From: Candidatus Scybalocola fimicaballi
GTDB taxonomy: Bacteria; Bacteroidota; Bacteroidia; Bacteroidales; Paludibacteraceae
Assembly: GCA_018066165.1 (NCBI GenBank)
Contig: JAGHRX010000099.1
Span: 1 to 54,179, forward strand
Length of the DNA: 54,179 bases
Reading direction: 5' to 3'
Below the pieces are notes generated by a model that saw nothing but the letters and a program-made list of their open reading frames with translations, did not search any database and had not been told where the DNA came from. The position numbers and the translations under genes were made by a program. Positions 51,683 to 54,179 of this stretch are shown here, piece after piece. The stretch's first letter is position 1, and every line of letters starts with the position of its first letter.

Positions 51683-52705
51683 ATGGCGAAGAGAGTATTG
51701 TTGATGAGATTGTCGGCGATGGGCGACGTTGCGATGACAGTGCCTGTCGTGGCTTCGTTTGCAAAAGCTTATCCCGACGTCGCTATCACTATGCTTTCTG
51801 CTCCACGTTTGCTGCCATTGTTCGCCAACATTCCCAACCTCACTTTTGTCGGAGTTGACAAAGGTGGCGCACATAAAGGAATCAAGGGGCTTCTTAAACT
51901 AAGCAAGGAGATTACCGCCGACGGCAAGTTTGATCAGATGGTCGATCTTCATGATGTCCTACGCAGCAAACTGCTTCGTACATTCATGAGATTAAAGGGA
52001 ACAAAGATCACTGTTGTTGACAAGGGCAGGGCAGAGAAGAAGGCATTGGTCAACGGGAAAAACAAGTCTCAGTTGAAACCGATGATCCAGCGCTACAAAG
52101 AAGCGTTTGAGAAAGCCGGATATACGTTTGAGATCGATTATCCTGGTTTCAATCCAAACTCAGGAATTGATTTTAATGCGGAGTTGAATCTACAGTCCCA
52201 CGTCGCCAACATAGGAATTGCTCCATTTGCTCAGCATGAAGGCAAAATCTATCCGTTGGATAAGATGGAGAAAGTGGTTGGGACATTGTCTGGCCGCAAT
52301 ATAGGAATCTACCTTTTCGGTGGCGGGCAGAAAGAGGAAGCGGTTTTCAATTCATGGGTGGAGAAATATCCCAACGTCGCATCGCTTTCGGGAAAATACA
52401 AACTGCAGGAAGAGATGGCGGCGATGAAGCAGATGGACCTTATGGTCACGATGGATTCGGCAAATATGCATCTCGCTTCTTTGTGCGGAGTCAAGGTCGT
52501 TTCTATTTGGGGGGCGACACATCCATATATGGGCTTTTATGGTTTTGGCCAGAATAAGGAAGACGCGATAGTCGCCAACTTGGATTGCCAGCCATGTTCG
52601 GCCTACGGAAATAAACCATGCAAACACGGAGACCGACGCTGCATGATGCAGATCACACCGGAGATGGTTTGCAAGAAACTTCTGAACATTCTAAAAATTG
52701 ATTAA
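51683..52705 (+). CDS. Glycosyltransferase family 9 (LPS heptosyltransferase-like)
   Basis: N-terminus RVLLMRLSAMGDVAMTVPV and a GT-B C-terminal half (MVTMDSANMHLASL). Confidence 0.8.
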   Translation: MAKRVLLMRLSAMGDVAMTVPVVASFAKAYPDVAITMLSAPRLLPLFANIPNLTFVGVDKGGAHKGIKGLLKLSKEITADGKFDQMVDLHDVLRSKLLRTFMRLKGTKITVVDKGRAEKKALVNGKNKSQLKPMIQRYKEAFEKAGYTFEIDYPGFNPNSGIDFNAELNLQSHVANIGIAPFAQHEGKIYPLDKMEKVVGTLSGRNIGIYLFGGGQKEEAVFNSWVEKYPNVASLSGKYKLQEEMAAMKQMDLMVTMDSANMHLASLCGVKVVSIWGATHPYMGFYGFGQNKEDAIVANLDCQPCSAYGNKPCKHGDRRCMMQITPEMVCKKLLNILKID

Positions 52706-52747
52706 TAGATAATTATCGTTTGCATAAAACGAAAACTAAGATAAATA

Positions 52748-53839
52748 ATGGAAAAAATCATATTAACAGGAGACAGACCAACTGGTAAGTTGCACCTTGG
52801 ACACTATGTAGGCTCATTGAAGAGACGTGTCGAGTTGCAGAATTCAGGATTGTATGACAAGATTTTCATCATGATCGCCGACGCACAGGCGTTGACTGAT
52901 AACGCAGATAATCCAGAGAAGGTTCGCCAGAACATCATTGAGGTGGCTCTTGACTATCTTTCTGTAGGTTTGGATCCGACAAAGTCGACAATCTTCATTC
53001 AGAGCCAGGTGGCTGAGCTATGTGAGTTGGCTTTCTATTATATGAATCTTGTGACTGTCTCACGTTTGCAGAGAAATCCAACAGTAAAGACAGAGATCAA
53101 GTTGAGAAACTTCGAGGCTAACATTCCTGTCGGCTTCTTCTGTTATCCAATCTCACAGGCGGCTGATATCACAGCGTTCAAGGCGACAACAGTGCCAGTA
53201 GGAGAGGACCAGGCTCCAATGATCGAGCAGACACGTGAGATCGTAAACAGATTCAACCACATCTACGGAGAGACATTGGTTGAGCCAAATATCCTATTGC
53301 CAGACAATGCGGCTTGCTTGCGTTTGCCAGGAACAGACGGAAAGGCAAAGATGAGTAAGTCTCTTGGCAACTGTATCTACCTTTCTGATTCAGAAGCAGA
53401 CGTACAGAAGAAGGTTAAGTCGATGTTTACTGATCCAACACACTTGAAGGTGTCTGATCCAGGTAAACTTGAGGGAAATGCCGTCTTCACATATCTTGAC
53501 GCGTTCAGCCGTGACGAGCACTTCGCGGAGTTCCTTCCTGAGTATGCTAATCTGCAGGAGTTGAAGGACCACTACACAAGAGGTGGACTTGGCGACATGA
53601 AGGTCAAAATGTTCTTGAACTCAATTCTTCAGGAAGAGTTGAATCCAATCCGAGCAAGAAGAAAAGAGCTTGAGAAAGATATCGAGGAAATTTACAGAAT
53701 CTTGAAGAAGGGTTCTGATATCGCGAGAGAAAAAGCCGCACAGACATTGTCAGAGGTTCGCGCATCAATGAAGATTAATTATTTCGACGACGCCGAACTA
53801 ATCAAGGCACAAGCAGCAAAGTACTCAAGCGCAGAGTAA
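52748..53839 (+). CDS. trpS: Tryptophan--tRNA ligase
   Basis: HIGH-type motif KLHLGHY and KMSKS. Confidence 0.95.
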   Translation: MEKIILTGDRPTGKLHLGHYVGSLKRRVELQNSGLYDKIFIMIADAQALTDNADNPEKVRQNIIEVALDYLSVGLDPTKSTIFIQSQVAELCELAFYYMNLVTVSRLQRNPTVKTEIKLRNFEANIPVGFFCYPISQAADITAFKATTVPVGEDQAPMIEQTREIVNRFNHIYGETLVEPNILLPDNAACLRLPGTDGKAKMSKSLGNCIYLSDSEADVQKKVKSMFTDPTHLKVSDPGKLEGNAVFTYLDAFSRDEHFAEFLPEYANLQELKDHYTRGGLGDMKVKMFLNSILQEELNPIRARRKELEKDIEEIYRILKKGSDIAREKAAQTLSEVRASMKINYFDDAELIKAQAAKYSSAE

Positions 53840-53853
53840 TTTGTCAACATATA

Positions 53854-53898
53854 AGAGTCAAGAATTTGAATTAATTTGGATTCTTGACTCTTTTTTTT
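53854..53898 (+). terminator. Rho-independent terminator of trpS
   Basis: 12-bp stem AGAGTCAAGAAT / ATTCTTGACTCT followed by TTTTTTTT. Confidence 0.85.
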
Positions 53899-54179
53899 AA
53901 TTTTGCCGAAAAGTATATTACCATCCGGCTAGAGAAAGGAGGAATTTTAACAGTCGGTTAGTCCTTATGTAGAGAAGAAACGGCAGTTTGAGGATTTTTG
54001 AAGAGAGCAGAATCTCAAAGGCAGGTTTTTTCTACTAACAACACTATTAATTCTATATGCCAAACACTAATGCCCATGAAACAATTCAACAGAAGTTAAC
54101 ATTAACTGTGAAAATGTGTTAAATAACATTTTTACTACATTCTTTGTGCAAACAAGCGAATGTTTTTGCTCTATTATGC

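Noticed and set aside
53899-54179. Non-coding tail of the window after the trpS terminator.
   Set aside because: No ORF, RNA-gene signature or repeat was recognisable. It is probably the upstream region of a gene beyond the window edge.

Overview
This looks like a chromosomal Bacteroidales (Prevotellaceae-like) segment. The evidence is Bacteroidetes-type TAnnTTTG -7 promoter boxes, a Bacteroides-type N-succinylornithine carbamoyltransferase, TamB plus a lipoprotein Omp85, and many lipoproteins. Most of the window is housekeeping or envelope: the thr operon, typA, three tandem FKBP PPIases, tamB, tsaD, glmM, an Omp85-family gene, aqpZ, argF'-proA, an OstA-like plus SurA/parvulin cluster, a DEAD-box helicase, yigZ, DUF4254 plus a GT9 heptosyltransferase, and trpS.

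The accessory part is a ~10 kb island at about 28.68-38.64 kb. It sits between two terminator hairpins, looks AT-richer by eye, and carries no integrase or transposase. It contains:
- a tightly overlapping three-gene operon of unknown function: a DUF4417-like protein, a basic His-rich 133 aa protein starting MGGRG, and an acidic 145 aa protein;
- a fused HigA-type HTH plus ImmA/IrrE zinc peptidase;
- a divergently transcribed single-polypeptide type IIG-like restriction-modification enzyme (PD-ExK nuclease motif, NPPY methylase, type-ISP-like C-terminal domain, no helicase);
- two AAA ATPases (DUF4143-type and DUF234-type), each bracketed by direct repeats of its own upstream region.

This island, and especially the three-gene operon with the HTH-peptidase, is my best candidate for an undescribed conflict or defence system.

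The window also carries several intergenic repeat families:
- a GC-hairpin MITE-like element with terminal inverted repeats (five copies plus one fragment);
- hexamer-phased NACGWW arrays fused to stop codons;
- AT-rich AATTAYGAATTATG-type repeats and duplicated terminator hairpins.

No tRNA, rRNA or CRISPR array was seen. All protein-family calls come from motif recognition by eye. No searches or statistics were run.
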